From the NCBI GenBank assembly GCA_040752075.1, contig JBFMFQ010000001.1, positions 342-64,341 of the forward strand: a DNA stretch of 64,000 nucleotides, given 5' to 3'. Of the stretch, positions 8,874 to 18,661 are shown one piece after another. The stretch's first letter is position 1. Every line of letters starts with the position of its first letter. This stretch comes from Candidatus Zixiibacteriota bacterium (GTDB lineage Bacteria; Zixibacteria; MSB-5A5; WJJR01). Made by a program: the position numbers and the translations under genes. The notes below the pieces were generated by a model. That model searched no databases. It saw only the letters and a program-made list of their open reading frames with translations, and was not told the DNA's origin.

Positions 8874-10610
8874 ATGAGCCAGGTGCAATCAGCGACATAC
8901 TTCCAGGAGGTCTGTGACGCGACCGCTGACGCCCTCGTTCGAATGGGAGCGCAAGTCACCGTTCAGACCGTGGCTGATCTCTTTGAATTCCCCGGACGCA
9001 AGGATTTCGGCGATTCGGCGCTCCCCTGCTTTGTACTGGCGCGGGAGATGAAGTTGCCGCCCCCCAAGATTGCCGCAGCCTTGCAGGAGCACTTCCGGAA
9101 CCCAGCATCGGTCGTGCGCACCGCCGCGGTCGGGGGCTATTTCAACATCTGGTACGATCCGGCTGCCATCGCCGACGAAGTACTGCCCGCCATCAGAGCG
9201 GAGGGACGCGCCTATGGATCTTCGACCGAAGGAGCCGGCCGGACCATCTGCATGGATTACTCGCACCCCAACATCGCCAAGCCGTTCGGGGTCGGGCACC
9301 TGCGCTCCACCGTGATCGGGCACTCGCTCAAACGTGTATTCGAGAAGCTCGGGTATGCGACGCGCGGGATCAATCACCTCGGCGACTGGGGCACCCAGTT
9401 CGGACGCCTGATCGTGGCCTACCGGGATTGGGGCGATCCGGCCGAACTCGAGAAAGCGCCGATCCGGCACCTCTACGATCTCTATGTGCGATTCCACGCG
9501 CAGGCAGAGACCGACAAGGCGCTCGAAGAACGCGGACGACAGGAGTTCAAAAAGCTGGAAGACGGTGATCCCGACAATCGCCGTCTGTGGCAGCAGTTCC
9601 GCGACCTTTCGTTGGCGGAGTTCCAGCGGGTCTACCGTCGGCTCGGGGTGACGTTCGATTCGTACGACGGGGAGGCGTTCTTCGAATCCCGCCTGAGCCC
9701 TTTAATTGAACGCCTCACACAATCCGGGGTGGCCTCGGTCGGTGATGATGGCGCCCTGGTGATTCCCGTGGGGGAGGGCGATGAACCGCCGCTTCTCATT
9801 CGCAAGGCGGATGGCGCAACGCTCTACGCCACCCGGGACATCGCCGCGGCGGAATACCGCCACGAGACCTACGACTTCGACCAATGCCTGTACATCGTTG
9901 GCAGCGCGCAAGCGCTGCACTTCAAACAGCTGTTCGCCGCGCTAAAGCGGATGGGGTACGCGTGGGCCGAGCGCATGGCGCACGTCGATTTTGGCTGGGT
10001 CAAGCTCGGGGACACAATGATGTCCACGCGCCGCGGTAACATTGTGTTCCTGGACGAGGTCCTCTCCGAGGCGGTGGCTTTCATTCGTCGAGTCATTGCG
10101 GAGCGCAATCCCAACTTGGGCAACCCGGACCGGGTCGCCGAGGAAGTCGGGGTCGGAGCGGTCGTGTTCTGGATGCTGGCGGTCAAACGCCAAAAGGATG
10201 TGAATTTCGACTGGGCGGATGTCCTGTCGTTCGATGGGCGGACCGGACCGTATGTCCAGTACACGCACGCGCGTGTCAGTTCCCTAATCTCAAAGTGGGG
10301 TAAGCCCATTCCCGGCATTGACGACTGCGATTTCCAGGCATTGCGGACCGACGAAGAAAGACACCTGCTTTTGCAGCTGGCCGACTGGCCGCGCCGGGTT
10401 CGAATGGCCGCCCGTCAGTACGAACCGCAGATCCTGTCGGCCGCCCTGCTGGATATGGCTCAGGCGTACAACAAGTTCTATCAGACCGTCCGCATCCTGG
10501 ACGGCGAACCGGAGGCTGTTCCGGCGCGTGTCCTGCTGGCCGACTGTTTCCGGGAGGTGCTGGCCGATGGGCTGTATCTTCTTGGTCTGGCCGCGCCGGA
10601 GAGAATGTGA
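8874..10610 (+). CDS. argS: Arginine--tRNA ligase
   Basis: Class I aaRS. SHPNIAKPFGVGHLRS (HIGH-like region), MMSTRRGN (KMSK-like), C-terminal DALR-type anticodon-binding region. ATG at 8874. Alternative GTG at 8853 abuts the trpA stop. Confidence 0.8.
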   Translation: MSQVQSATYFQEVCDATADALVRMGAQVTVQTVADLFEFPGRKDFGDSALPCFVLAREMKLPPPKIAAALQEHFRNPASVVRTAAVGGYFNIWYDPAAIADEVLPAIRAEGRAYGSSTEGAGRTICMDYSHPNIAKPFGVGHLRSTVIGHSLKRVFEKLGYATRGINHLGDWGTQFGRLIVAYRDWGDPAELEKAPIRHLYDLYVRFHAQAETDKALEERGRQEFKKLEDGDPDNRRLWQQFRDLSLAEFQRVYRRLGVTFDSYDGEAFFESRLSPLIERLTQSGVASVGDDGALVIPVGEGDEPPLLIRKADGATLYATRDIAAAEYRHETYDFDQCLYIVGSAQALHFKQLFAALKRMGYAWAERMAHVDFGWVKLGDTMMSTRRGNIVFLDEVLSEAVAFIRRVIAERNPNLGNPDRVAEEVGVGAVVFWMLAVKRQKDVNFDWADVLSFDGRTGPYVQYTHARVSSLISKWGKPIPGIDDCDFQALRTDEERHLLLQLADWPRRVRMAARQYEPQILSAALLDMAQAYNKFYQTVRILDGEPEAVPARVLLADCFREVLADGLYLLGLAAPERM

Positions 10611-10740
10611 TGAGTGATACAGCCGATACAGTGAGAAGACAATCGAATGGGGATCGTCGAAGTCCTGTTTTGGGCCGGGTCCCCACTTTCCCAACTGGAG
10701 CCGGATCAACCCCGGACTCCGCCGCACCCGGAGCAAGATC

Positions 10741-11757
10741 ATGTTAATCGTCATGGACGCCCACGCCACCTCCCAGCAGGTCGATCATGTCTGCGAGGAG
10801 ATCAAGGGGATGGGATTGATTGCCCATCCGATGCCGGGCGCGCAGCGCACCGCCATCGGTATCACGGGAAATAAGAGCGCCGTGGATGCGTCGCGGCTCG
10901 AGCAGATGCCCGGCGTGGTCCAGGTCATTCATGTCACGGCGCCTTACAAACTGGTCAGCCGCGAATTCCATGAGCAGGACACGCTCGTGGATGTAAATGG
11001 CGTCAAGGTTGGCGGCGACCACTTCGTCATCATGGCCGGCCCCTGCGCGGTCGAATCGGCCGAGCAGATCGATGACATCGCCGGACGGCTGAAGTCCTCC
11101 GGGGCCCACATCCTGCGGGGCGGCGCATTTAAGCCGCGCACCTCGCCATACAGTTTTCAGGGCATGGGGGAAAAGGGGCTCCAGATCCTGGCGGAGGCCG
11201 GCAAACGCCACGGTCTTCCCACTGTGACCGAGGCGATCGACAACGAGTCGCTCGATCTGGTGGCCCGCTACGCCGACATGATCCAAATCGGCGCGCGCAA
11301 CATGCAGAACTTCTCGCTTTTGCGTCATGCCGGACGCAGCCGCAAACCGGTGCTCCTTAAGCGCGGCATGTCGGCGACTCTCGAGGAATTGCTGATGGCC
11401 GCCGAGTACATTGTCAACGAAGGCAACCCGAATGTCGTTCTCTGCGAGCGCGGTGTGCGCACGTTCGCGAATCACACGCGAAACACACTCGACTTGTCCG
11501 CCATTCCATTTGTCCAGCGCGCGAGCCACCTTCCGATCATTGCCGATCCCAGCCACGGTACCGGGCGTCGCGACAAGGTGATTCCACTGTCCTGTGCGTC
11601 CGTGGCCGTCGGCGCCGATGGGCTCATGGTGGAGGTGCATCCGCACCCCGATTCCGCGTTGTCCGACGGATCTCAATCGCTGTTCCCCGACCAGTTCGCG
11701 GAGCTGATGAAACGCGTTTCGGATATCGCGAAGGTCGTTGGCCGGCATCTCGCCTGA
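10741..11757 (+). CDS. 3-deoxy-7-phosphoheptulonate (DAHP) synthase, type I-beta, with N-terminal ferredoxin-like regulatory domain
   Basis: GPCAVES, LRGGAFKPRTSPYSFQG, DPSHGTG motifs shared with KDO8P/DAH7P synthases. About 90-aa N-terminal extension before the barrel. Confidence 0.8.
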   Translation: MLIVMDAHATSQQVDHVCEEIKGMGLIAHPMPGAQRTAIGITGNKSAVDASRLEQMPGVVQVIHVTAPYKLVSREFHEQDTLVDVNGVKVGGDHFVIMAGPCAVESAEQIDDIAGRLKSSGAHILRGGAFKPRTSPYSFQGMGEKGLQILAEAGKRHGLPTVTEAIDNESLDLVARYADMIQIGARNMQNFSLLRHAGRSRKPVLLKRGMSATLEELLMAAEYIVNEGNPNVVLCERGVRTFANHTRNTLDLSAIPFVQRASHLPIIADPSHGTGRRDKVIPLSCASVAVGADGLMVEVHPHPDSALSDGSQSLFPDQFAELMKRVSDIAKVVGRHLA

Positions 11758-13166
11758 TGCCCTCAACCCGACTGGATCCCATGCCAACCACCACACGAAG
11801 CGAACTGAAGATCGAACCGGCGCGCAAAATTGTCGGTCACTATTCCCCGCCGCCGGATAAGTCCATCGCGCATCGCGCGGTCATTCTCTCCGCTCTCGCG
11901 GAGGGCCGCTCGACGGTCGAGCCCCTCTCGCGCGCGGCCGATGTCGCCTCGACCGTGTCGTGCCTGCGTCAACTCGGAGTCTCGATTCAAATTGATGGAG
12001 ACACCTGTGTCATCGACAGCCCGGGCGTGGACAAATGGATGGCACCGGAGCGCGCGCTTGATTGCGGAAACTCGGGGACCACTTTGCGCCTCTTGGCCGG
12101 TTGTCTTGCCGGACGGAGATTCGACGCCACCCTGATCGGGGATGATTCCCTATCGACACGTCCGATGGGGCGCATTGCGCATCCGCTGGTTCAGATGGGG
12201 GCGCGAATCGACCTTTCCGAAGGGGACACAGCCCCCATGACCGTAAGGGGCGCACGGCTCCGGGGAATCGACTATCGTCTGCCGGTGGCGTCCGCCCAGG
12301 TCAAATCCGCAGTTCTCCTGGCGGGGCTTTCCGCCGATGGTCCGGTCTCGGTGGTGGAAGTCCATCCCTCGCGCGACCACACAGAGCGGATGCTGGCCGA
12401 GGCAGGAGTCGATTGCAGGACTCATTTGGCGCCGCGCCCGCCCGACCGCCGTGAAATCCTGGCGCAGGATATTCCATTGGATTCACTCCCGCCGGTCCCA
12501 GACTATCACCACCGGGTCGTGCTCGGCGACCGCCGGCAGCTCACCAGGAACGACTGGACAATCCCCGGCGATTTCTCGGCGGCCGCGTTTTTCATTGCCG
12601 CGGCGCTCGGGGCACGTCGGTCCGACCTCATCCTCGCCAACGTGGGATTGAATCCGACACGCACGGGTCTGTTGAAAGTCCTTCGCCGCATGGGGGCGGA
12701 AATGGAGGTCGAACGGACCAGCCACGGCGCCGGCGAGCCATTCGGCGTGATTCATGTCCAAAGCGCCAGTCACCTCAAGGCGGTCAAGGTTTCCGAATCC
12801 GAGATACCCTCCCTGATCGATGAACTCCCGGTTTTGGCCATGCTGGCGGCCCGTGCGGATGGCGTGACCGTCATTCGCGGCGCCGCCGAATTGCGAAAGA
12901 AAGAAACCGATCGGATTGCCGCGGTGAGCCGCAACTTGCGGGCCATGGGCGGCAAGGTGGCGGAGTTGGAGGATGGCTGGGCCATCGAGGGGCCGACCGA
13001 TTGGCACGGCGCCGAAATCGATCCCCAGGGAGATCACCGCATCGCGATGGCGTTTGCCATCGCCGCCCTGTGGGCGGATTCGCCCAGCATGATCCGAACG
13101 CCGTCGGTCGCCGCGGTCTCGGATCCGGATTTCTTCACGAGCCTAAGCGCGCTTGTGCACAATTGA
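11757..13166 (+). CDS. aroA: 3-phosphoshikimate 1-carboxyvinyltransferase (EPSP synthase)
   Basis: PPDKSIAHRAVILSAL (PGDKSISHR-like), LDCGNSGTTLRLL, RKKETDRI motifs. TGATG overlap with the upstream stop. Alternative ATG at 11781. Confidence 0.85.
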   Translation: MPSTRLDPMPTTTRSELKIEPARKIVGHYSPPPDKSIAHRAVILSALAEGRSTVEPLSRAADVASTVSCLRQLGVSIQIDGDTCVIDSPGVDKWMAPERALDCGNSGTTLRLLAGCLAGRRFDATLIGDDSLSTRPMGRIAHPLVQMGARIDLSEGDTAPMTVRGARLRGIDYRLPVASAQVKSAVLLAGLSADGPVSVVEVHPSRDHTERMLAEAGVDCRTHLAPRPPDRREILAQDIPLDSLPPVPDYHHRVVLGDRRQLTRNDWTIPGDFSAAAFFIAAALGARRSDLILANVGLNPTRTGLLKVLRRMGAEMEVERTSHGAGEPFGVIHVQSASHLKAVKVSESEIPSLIDELPVLAMLAARADGVTVIRGAAELRKKETDRIAAVSRNLRAMGGKVAELEDGWAIEGPTDWHGAEIDPQGDHRIAMAFAIAALWADSPSMIRTPSVAAVSDPDFFTSLSALVHN

Positions 13167-13196
13167 TTCCAGCCGCTTCATGCGCACCGGGCATTC

Positions 13197-14072
13197 ATGA
13201 ATCCCAGGACTCCCAATGAACGGGTCGAGCGCGCGGTCTACGGGGTTCTCGGTCATGAGATCGGATACTCGCTCTCCCCGAAGATATTTCGGACCGTATT
13301 CGATGCGTTGGAATGGCCGGCCGTATATGCGCTCTTTGATCGCCGACCAGCGGAGGTGCCTCGTTTCGTTTCGGCGGCAGCGACACTTGGAATTCTCGGA
13401 CTCAACGTGACCAAGCCATTCAAGGTGTCAATCGTCGCGTACATGGACCGGTTGGATGATTCCGCCCGTTGCACTGGGGCGGTCAACACAATTCGTTTCG
13501 AGGGACGGCGATCGACCGGTTACAACACGGACATTGCCGGGGTAATCGCCGCTCTCAAACCTCATGCCGCGCGGCTGCGTGGGCAAACGGCGCTGATCTT
13601 GGGCGCGGGCGGAGCGGCGCGGGCTGTTGCACTTACACTGGAGCGCACCTTCCGCATGCGCCGATTGACATTCGCAGTAAGATCCAGGCGGGCGGGGGAA
13701 CGAATGATCGACTCGTTCGCCACTGCCGCCGAACCATCGGCGATCCTTGAGACCATTCCTTACGAGGCAGACCCGATCCGGGACCGATTGAACCATTGCG
13801 CCTTGCTTGTCAACGCCACGCCGACAGGGACCTCCGGGCCTGCGTCCGGGAGCCCCCTGCCGCGCGGAGTGAAGTTGACAGCGGAAACGCTGGTCTTCGA
13901 TCTGGTCTACCAGCCCCGGGAAACTGCACTGCTAAAACTGGCGGTCCGCTCTGGTTGCCGGGCAGTCGGCGGCTGGCCGATGCTCGTTGCGCAAGCCGAA
14001 GAGTCGTTCCGCATTTGGACCGGACGACGCTTTCCGGTATCATCCCGTCGCAAACTGATGATGTGGAAATGA
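13197..14072 (+). CDS. aroE: Shikimate dehydrogenase
   Basis: YGVLGHEIGYSLSP, NVTKPFK (catalytic Lys), YNTDIAG and GAGGAARAV (NADP fold). Confidence 0.8.
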   Translation: MNPRTPNERVERAVYGVLGHEIGYSLSPKIFRTVFDALEWPAVYALFDRRPAEVPRFVSAAATLGILGLNVTKPFKVSIVAYMDRLDDSARCTGAVNTIRFEGRRSTGYNTDIAGVIAALKPHAARLRGQTALILGAGGAARAVALTLERTFRMRRLTFAVRSRRAGERMIDSFATAAEPSAILETIPYEADPIRDRLNHCALLVNATPTGTSGPASGSPLPRGVKLTAETLVFDLVYQPRETALLKLAVRSGCRAVGGWPMLVAQAEESFRIWTGRRFPVSSRRKLMMWK

Positions 14073-14521
14073 GCACGATCCCCCCAACACCAGTCGTCAC
14101 CAGCACCGCCGCGATCCTGAAGCTCGGAACCAGACGCGGGCTTGAGACATTCTGGATGTTGATGCGGATCATGATCCCGGTCTACATCATCGTCACGCTG
14201 CTTGATCACACACCGATCCTGCCGGCCATCGCCAGATTCTTCGAGCCGTTCATGGGGATCTGGAAGCTCCCGGGCGAAGCGGCGCTGGCGATGGTGCTGG
14301 GACATTTCGTGAATCTGTATGCCGCCCTCGCCGTTATTGCGGCCGGTGGATGGAATGCCACCGCGGTCACGGTCGCGGCCATTGTGTTGGGTGTGTCGCA
14401 CTCCCATGTCATGGAAGCGGCGATTTTCCGTCAGATGCGGGCGCCCGCGCTGATCCTGGTTGCGCTTCGCGTCACACTCGGCTGGTCCCTTGGGTGGCTG
14501 GTGGCGCTCCTTCTGCCATAG
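14069..14521 (+). CDS. Nucleoside-recognition (Gate) domain membrane protein, SpmA-like
   Basis: Hydrophobic 150-aa protein with the Gate-domain pattern (FFEPFMGIWKLPGEAALAMVLGHFVNLYAA). ATGA overlap with the aroE stop. Confidence 0.55.
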   Translation: MSTIPPTPVVTSTAAILKLGTRRGLETFWMLMRIMIPVYIIVTLLDHTPILPAIARFFEPFMGIWKLPGEAALAMVLGHFVNLYAALAVIAAGGWNATAVTVAAIVLGVSHSHVMEAAIFRQMRAPALILVALRVTLGWSLGWLVALLLP

Positions 14522-14538
14522 CAGAGAATTCGCAGAAT

Positions 14539-15012
14539 ATGGAACTCGTCAGGGAAATCGCTCAGGGGCTGGGAGGTCTGATGCTTAAGATCTTCCTCAT
14601 CGTGATGCCCCTGATTGTCTTTCTGGAATGGGCCAAGACCCGACGCTGGTTCTCACGGTTCATCGTGTCGTCTGAGCCGGTCTTCAAACCGATCGGCTTT
14701 CGCCCGCAGTCGTTATTCCCGCTTCTCATCGGGATCCTCTTCGGGATCTCATACGGCGCCGGGGTTCTCATCCCGCAGGCCCGTTCCGGCGAACTCGACC
14801 GAAAGCAGGTGTTTCTGATCGGTGCGTTCCTGAGTGTGTGTCATGCAATCGTGGAGGACACACTGCTGTTTGTCGCACTCGGAGGGAACGGACTCATCAT
14901 CGTGGGTGTTCGCATACTCATGGCGCTCCTCGTGGTGTTTGCCCTCTCACGGCTTAACTGGCCCGCTGAGGAGCCGGTCGTGATCGGAGAGGTTAGCAAG
15001 AAGGCCGCATGA
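14539..15012 (+). CDS. Nucleoside-recognition (Gate) domain membrane protein, SpmB-like
   Basis: Second Gate-type membrane protein (GISYGAGVLIPQARSGELD). Stop overlaps the aroK start (ATGA at 15009-15012). Confidence 0.55.
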   Translation: MELVREIAQGLGGLMLKIFLIVMPLIVFLEWAKTRRWFSRFIVSSEPVFKPIGFRPQSLFPLLIGILFGISYGAGVLIPQARSGELDRKQVFLIGAFLSVCHAIVEDTLLFVALGGNGLIIVGVRILMALLVVFALSRLNWPAEEPVVIGEVSKKAA

Positions 15013-15566
15013 TCGTCACCGCACGACGCCATCTGTATTTGGCCGGTTTCATGGGAACCGGAAAGACAGCCACCGGCCTCCACGTCGCGGATGCCCTCAG
15101 ACGGCCATTCTATGATCTGGACACGGTGGTGGAGCAAATCACCGGACGTCGCATTCCGGAAGTCTTTGCCATTGACGGCGAAGCGGCCTTTCGGCAGCGA
15201 GAATGCCGGGCGCTGCGCAGCATTGTTGGCGCCTCGTCATCGGTCATCGCCTTGGGGGGCGGCGCGCCAACGATCGGCGCGATCCGCGCGCTCGTGCGCG
15301 AGAGTGGAAGGGCGGTTCTTCTGACCGCGGATCTGCCATCGATGTGGTCGCGTCTGAGGGGAGATGAGTCGCGGCCTCTGCTCGAAGGCGAAGATGGCGA
15401 TCGACCAGCGTCGTTATCCGAGTTTACCGCGCGTGTGCAGCCGATCTTGAAAGCCCGGGAGGACGCCTACCGTGCGATTGCCGATTGGACTCTCGATACT
15501 TCGGCGCTGACTCCCGTGGAAGCGGGACGCCGTACAGCGGAGTGGTGGCTTGCCCAAGCTGACTGA
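15009..15566 (+). CDS. aroK: Shikimate kinase
   Basis: Walker A GFMGTGKT. LDTVVE. Size about 185 aa. Confidence 0.85.
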   Translation: MIVTARRHLYLAGFMGTGKTATGLHVADALRRPFYDLDTVVEQITGRRIPEVFAIDGEAAFRQRECRALRSIVGASSSVIALGGGAPTIGAIRALVRESGRAVLLTADLPSMWSRLRGDESRPLLEGEDGDRPASLSEFTARVQPILKAREDAYRAIADWTLDTSALTPVEAGRRTAEWWLAQAD

Positions 15567-15597
15567 GAAGAGGCGCGCGGGTGCGCGCAATCCGGAA

Positions 15598-16674
15598 ATG
15601 AAGGGACGGATTCCTGGGCGTCTCATTCCGGTTCACGCCGGAGCCGGACTGCGGTCCGCTCTGACCTCCCTGTTGGGTGAGGCGCGCACGATTGAATTGG
15701 TGACCGACCGTCATGTCGCGAAACACTGGCTGGTCCAGGTTCGCTCCATCCTCAAGCGTGCCAACTGCGCCGTGCACACGACGACGCTGCCGCCGGGCGA
15801 ATCCATGAAAAATGCCCGCACGGTCGCGCATCTGCATGATCTGTGGTTTCGGCACCGTTGCGATCGCGGCACTCCAGTCATCGCACTGGGGGGCGGGGCG
15901 GTCGGAGACACCGTGGGATTTGCCGCCGCCACATTCCTGCGTGGACTGCCGCTCTGGCAGGTGCCGACGACGCTTCTGGCACAGGTCGATGCCGCCATCG
16001 GCGGCAAAGTCGGCATCAACCACCCGCGTGGGAAGAACCTCATCGGGTGCTTTTACCAGCCGGCAGGAATCCTCATCGACCCTGAGTTTCTCACAACACT
16101 TCCCCCGGCCGAGGTGATTTCCGGACTGGCCGAGGTCGTCAAGTATGGCGTGATTGCCGATCCGGTGCTCTTCGAAAGGTGCGAAAAGAGCATCGGCTCG
16201 TGGATCTCCGGGCGTAAGGAAGTCGGGCTCGATGTGATCAAACGCTGCGTTCGCATCAAGCTGAGTGTGGTGGAGTCCGATGAAACAGACTCCGGTCTGC
16301 GGCGAATTCTCAATTTCGGTCACACGATCGGCCATGCGCTGGAACGCTGGGCCGACTATAAGGGAATTCGACATGGGGAGGCGGTGGCCGTCGGCATGAT
16401 CGGCGCCGGGTACATGGCGAGGGCCCGCCGTCTCTTCGACAGCGGAGAGTTCGACCGGCTCCTGAATGTCTGCCACCACTTGGCCCCAGTAGGGATGAGG
16501 CGATTTCCCGCGACTGAGATACTCCGTCATCTGGGCGTGGACAAAAAGCGCGCATCCGGCCGCAACATCTGGATCCTGCCGCGGGCGCTGGGTCGCGTTG
16601 AGATCACATCTCAAGTGACCGACAGAGAGGTTAGAAGGGCCGTCGCTTTTCTCAATGAGTGGATGACAAGTTAA
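15598..16674 (+). CDS. aroB: 3-dehydroquinate synthase
   Basis: ALGGGAVGDTVGFAAATF, GGKVGINHPRGKNLIGCFYQP, HTIGHALE metal-binding motifs. Alternative TTG start at 15550. Confidence 0.85.
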   Translation: MKGRIPGRLIPVHAGAGLRSALTSLLGEARTIELVTDRHVAKHWLVQVRSILKRANCAVHTTTLPPGESMKNARTVAHLHDLWFRHRCDRGTPVIALGGGAVGDTVGFAAATFLRGLPLWQVPTTLLAQVDAAIGGKVGINHPRGKNLIGCFYQPAGILIDPEFLTTLPPAEVISGLAEVVKYGVIADPVLFERCEKSIGSWISGRKEVGLDVIKRCVRIKLSVVESDETDSGLRRILNFGHTIGHALERWADYKGIRHGEAVAVGMIGAGYMARARRLFDSGEFDRLLNVCHHLAPVGMRRFPATEILRHLGVDKKRASGRNIWILPRALGRVEITSQVTDREVRRAVAFLNEWMTS

Positions 16675-16707
16675 ATGCATCGAGTACCGTCGAAGGAGTC
16701 CGCCCCC

Positions 16708-17145
16708 ATGAGCCGTCTGATTGTCGTCATCAATGGACCGAACTTAGACCGGCTGGGAAAGCGCGAGCCGGAGGTCTACGGTCGCGACACGCTGGAGGAC
16801 ATCAACGCCCGCATCGCGGCCCACGCCAAATCGGCCGGGCTGGATGTCGAGTTTTTTCAGTCGAACCACGAAGGCGACCTGATCGATTGCATCCACGACG
16901 CCGCCGACTCCGCGCTCGGGATCATTCTGAATCCCGGCGGGCTGACCCACACATCGGTTGCACTGCGGGATGCGGTCTCCTCGGTTTCAATCCCGGTCAT
17001 TGAGGTTCACATTTCCAACATCTTCGCCCGCGAACCGTTTCGTCACCAATCCATGGTCTCCGGCGCCTGCCGCGGGGTCATCTCCGGGCTCGGGGCAACC
17101 GGGTACATTCTTGCAGTCGATTACTTGAAGATCATCTCCGGCTAG
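16708..17145 (+). CDS. aroQ: 3-dehydroquinate dehydratase, type II
   Basis: LIVVINGPNLDRLGKREPEVYG and VHISNIFAREPFRHQS motifs. AGGAG RBS 9 nt upstream of ATG 16708. Confidence 0.85.
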   Translation: MSRLIVVINGPNLDRLGKREPEVYGRDTLEDINARIAAHAKSAGLDVEFFQSNHEGDLIDCIHDAADSALGIILNPGGLTHTSVALRDAVSSVSIPVIEVHISNIFAREPFRHQSMVSGACRGVISGLGATGYILAVDYLKIISG

Positions 17146-17233
17146 CGTCTCCGATTTCCGTAGTCTCGAATCGGCCGTTTCCACAGATTGGACAACCCTC
17201 CGGAATCTCGCCGGGAATTCGGGGGGGATTGCC

Positions 17234-18613
17234 ATGTCAACCAAGACGACATCCGCCGCCGAACGGGACATCCAGACCATTCTGACGGGGCATCCCTACC
17301 GCGCCATATTGCGGCTCGCATGGCCGGCCACCCTGGCCATGCTCCTGCACACGCTCTTTTCAATCACCGATGCGATCTGGGTCGGCCGGCTCGGCGCCGT
17401 GCCGATTGCAGCGGTGATCTCGGCGACTTTTATCGTGTGGATACTCCTGTCGTTGACGTCTGTTCTGTCCACCGGGGTGGTGGCCATGGTCGCCCGGCAC
17501 ATCGGCGCGGGAGACAGGGACACGGCGCGCGAGGTGGCGGAGGAGAGCTTCCGGTTTGCCCTCATTTACGCCTTCGCCATTACCGTAACCGGTCTCCTGC
17601 TGCGACGGTACCTCTTCGCGCTGATGGACCTGGCGCCGGATGTTGCCAGACTGGGCGAGTCGTACATGCAAGTTTATTTCAGCGCCAGCGTTCTGGTGGT
17701 CTTCGTCGAGTGGGCCGGATCGGTGTTTCGCGCCTCGGGCAATACCCGGCTGCCCTTGGTTGTGACATCAACGGCCGTGGTTCTCAATATCGGGCTCGAC
17801 CCGCTGTTGATTTTTGGCTGGGGGCCGGTTCCCCGTCTTGGCGCAACCGGGGCGGCGGTGGCGACCATGATTGCCTATCTGGCTGCCTCGGTGATCTTCG
17901 TCGTCCTCCTCCGTGGTTCGAAACTGCCCTTTCCGTTGCACCTCCGTCTCATTGGACCGATCGACTGGTCACGCATCCGACGTTTGGTGACGATTGGCCT
18001 TCCCATCTCGATTTCCGGCATATCCTTCTCCGTCATCTACCTCTTTGTCAACCGGATCACGGCCCAGTTCGGGACACCGGCGGTGGCGGCGCTGGGAATC
18101 GGCAACCGCATCGAGTCGATCAATTACCTGGTTGCCTACGGTTGCGCCACCGCCGTGGCCACCCTGGTCGGCCAGAACCTCGGCGCGCGGAATCCGGATC
18201 GCGCCGCCGAACTCACGAACAAGACTGTCCTCCTGGTCTCCGCGTTCACCGGAGCCATGACCGTGGTCTTTCTCACCTTCCCTGAATCGATTATGCGGAT
18301 CTTCGTGGACGACCCGGCGGTCCTCGAAGCGGGGAAGGACTACGTGCGCATCCTCGCCCTGTCCCAGATTTTGATGGGATGGGAGATCGTGTTGGAAGGC
18401 GCCTTCTCCGGCTCCGGCGACACCATCCCGCCGATGGCCGTGTCCATTGTCGGCTCGGTCCTGAGAATCCCGCTGGCCTGGTTTCTGGCCGTGTCGCTAG
18501 GATGGGGGGTTGCGGGGGTTTGGTGGGCAATCAGCATCTCCACCCTGATTAAGGGGACCGCGGTGTACATCTGGTTTTCGCTCGGTCACTGGAAGCACCG
18601 GACCGTCCATTAG
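17234..18613 (+). CDS. MATE family efflux transporter
   Basis: 12-TM protein with the MATE N-terminus pattern (ILRLAWPATLAMLLHTLFSITDAIWVGRLG). Duplicated halves. Confidence 0.7.
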   Translation: MSTKTTSAAERDIQTILTGHPYRAILRLAWPATLAMLLHTLFSITDAIWVGRLGAVPIAAVISATFIVWILLSLTSVLSTGVVAMVARHIGAGDRDTAREVAEESFRFALIYAFAITVTGLLLRRYLFALMDLAPDVARLGESYMQVYFSASVLVVFVEWAGSVFRASGNTRLPLVVTSTAVVLNIGLDPLLIFGWGPVPRLGATGAAVATMIAYLAASVIFVVLLRGSKLPFPLHLRLIGPIDWSRIRRLVTIGLPISISGISFSVIYLFVNRITAQFGTPAVAALGIGNRIESINYLVAYGCATAVATLVGQNLGARNPDRAAELTNKTVLLVSAFTGAMTVVFLTFPESIMRIFVDDPAVLEAGKDYVRILALSQILMGWEIVLEGAFSGSGDTIPPMAVSIVGSVLRIPLAWFLAVSLGWGVAGVWWAISISTLIKGTAVYIWFSLGHWKHRTVH

Positions 18614-18661
18614 GGCATTTCCGTTCTTGAGAGAACCGCCACGGCCACCTATCCTCACCCC

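Noticed and set aside
10611-10740. Possible Trp/aromatic leader peptide or attenuator upstream of the DAHP synthase gene (small ORF 10647-10874), and upstream of trpE.
   Set aside because: The small ORF has no tandem Trp/Phe/Tyr codons and runs into the downstream gene in another frame. trpE is directly overlapped by the dapF-like gene, leaving no leader region. No terminator/antiterminator pair was seen.
10744-11796. 350-aa ORF on the minus strand antisense to the DAHP synthase gene. Similar long antisense or shadow ORFs: 46319-48154, 44958-46298, 21378-22490, 15424-16680, 25611-27140, 2184-2705, 8889-9497, 17188-18285.
   Set aside because: All lie entirely within well-supported genes on the opposite strand or in another frame. 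High GC content suppresses stop codons, producing long spurious ORFs. None shows recognisable protein motifs.
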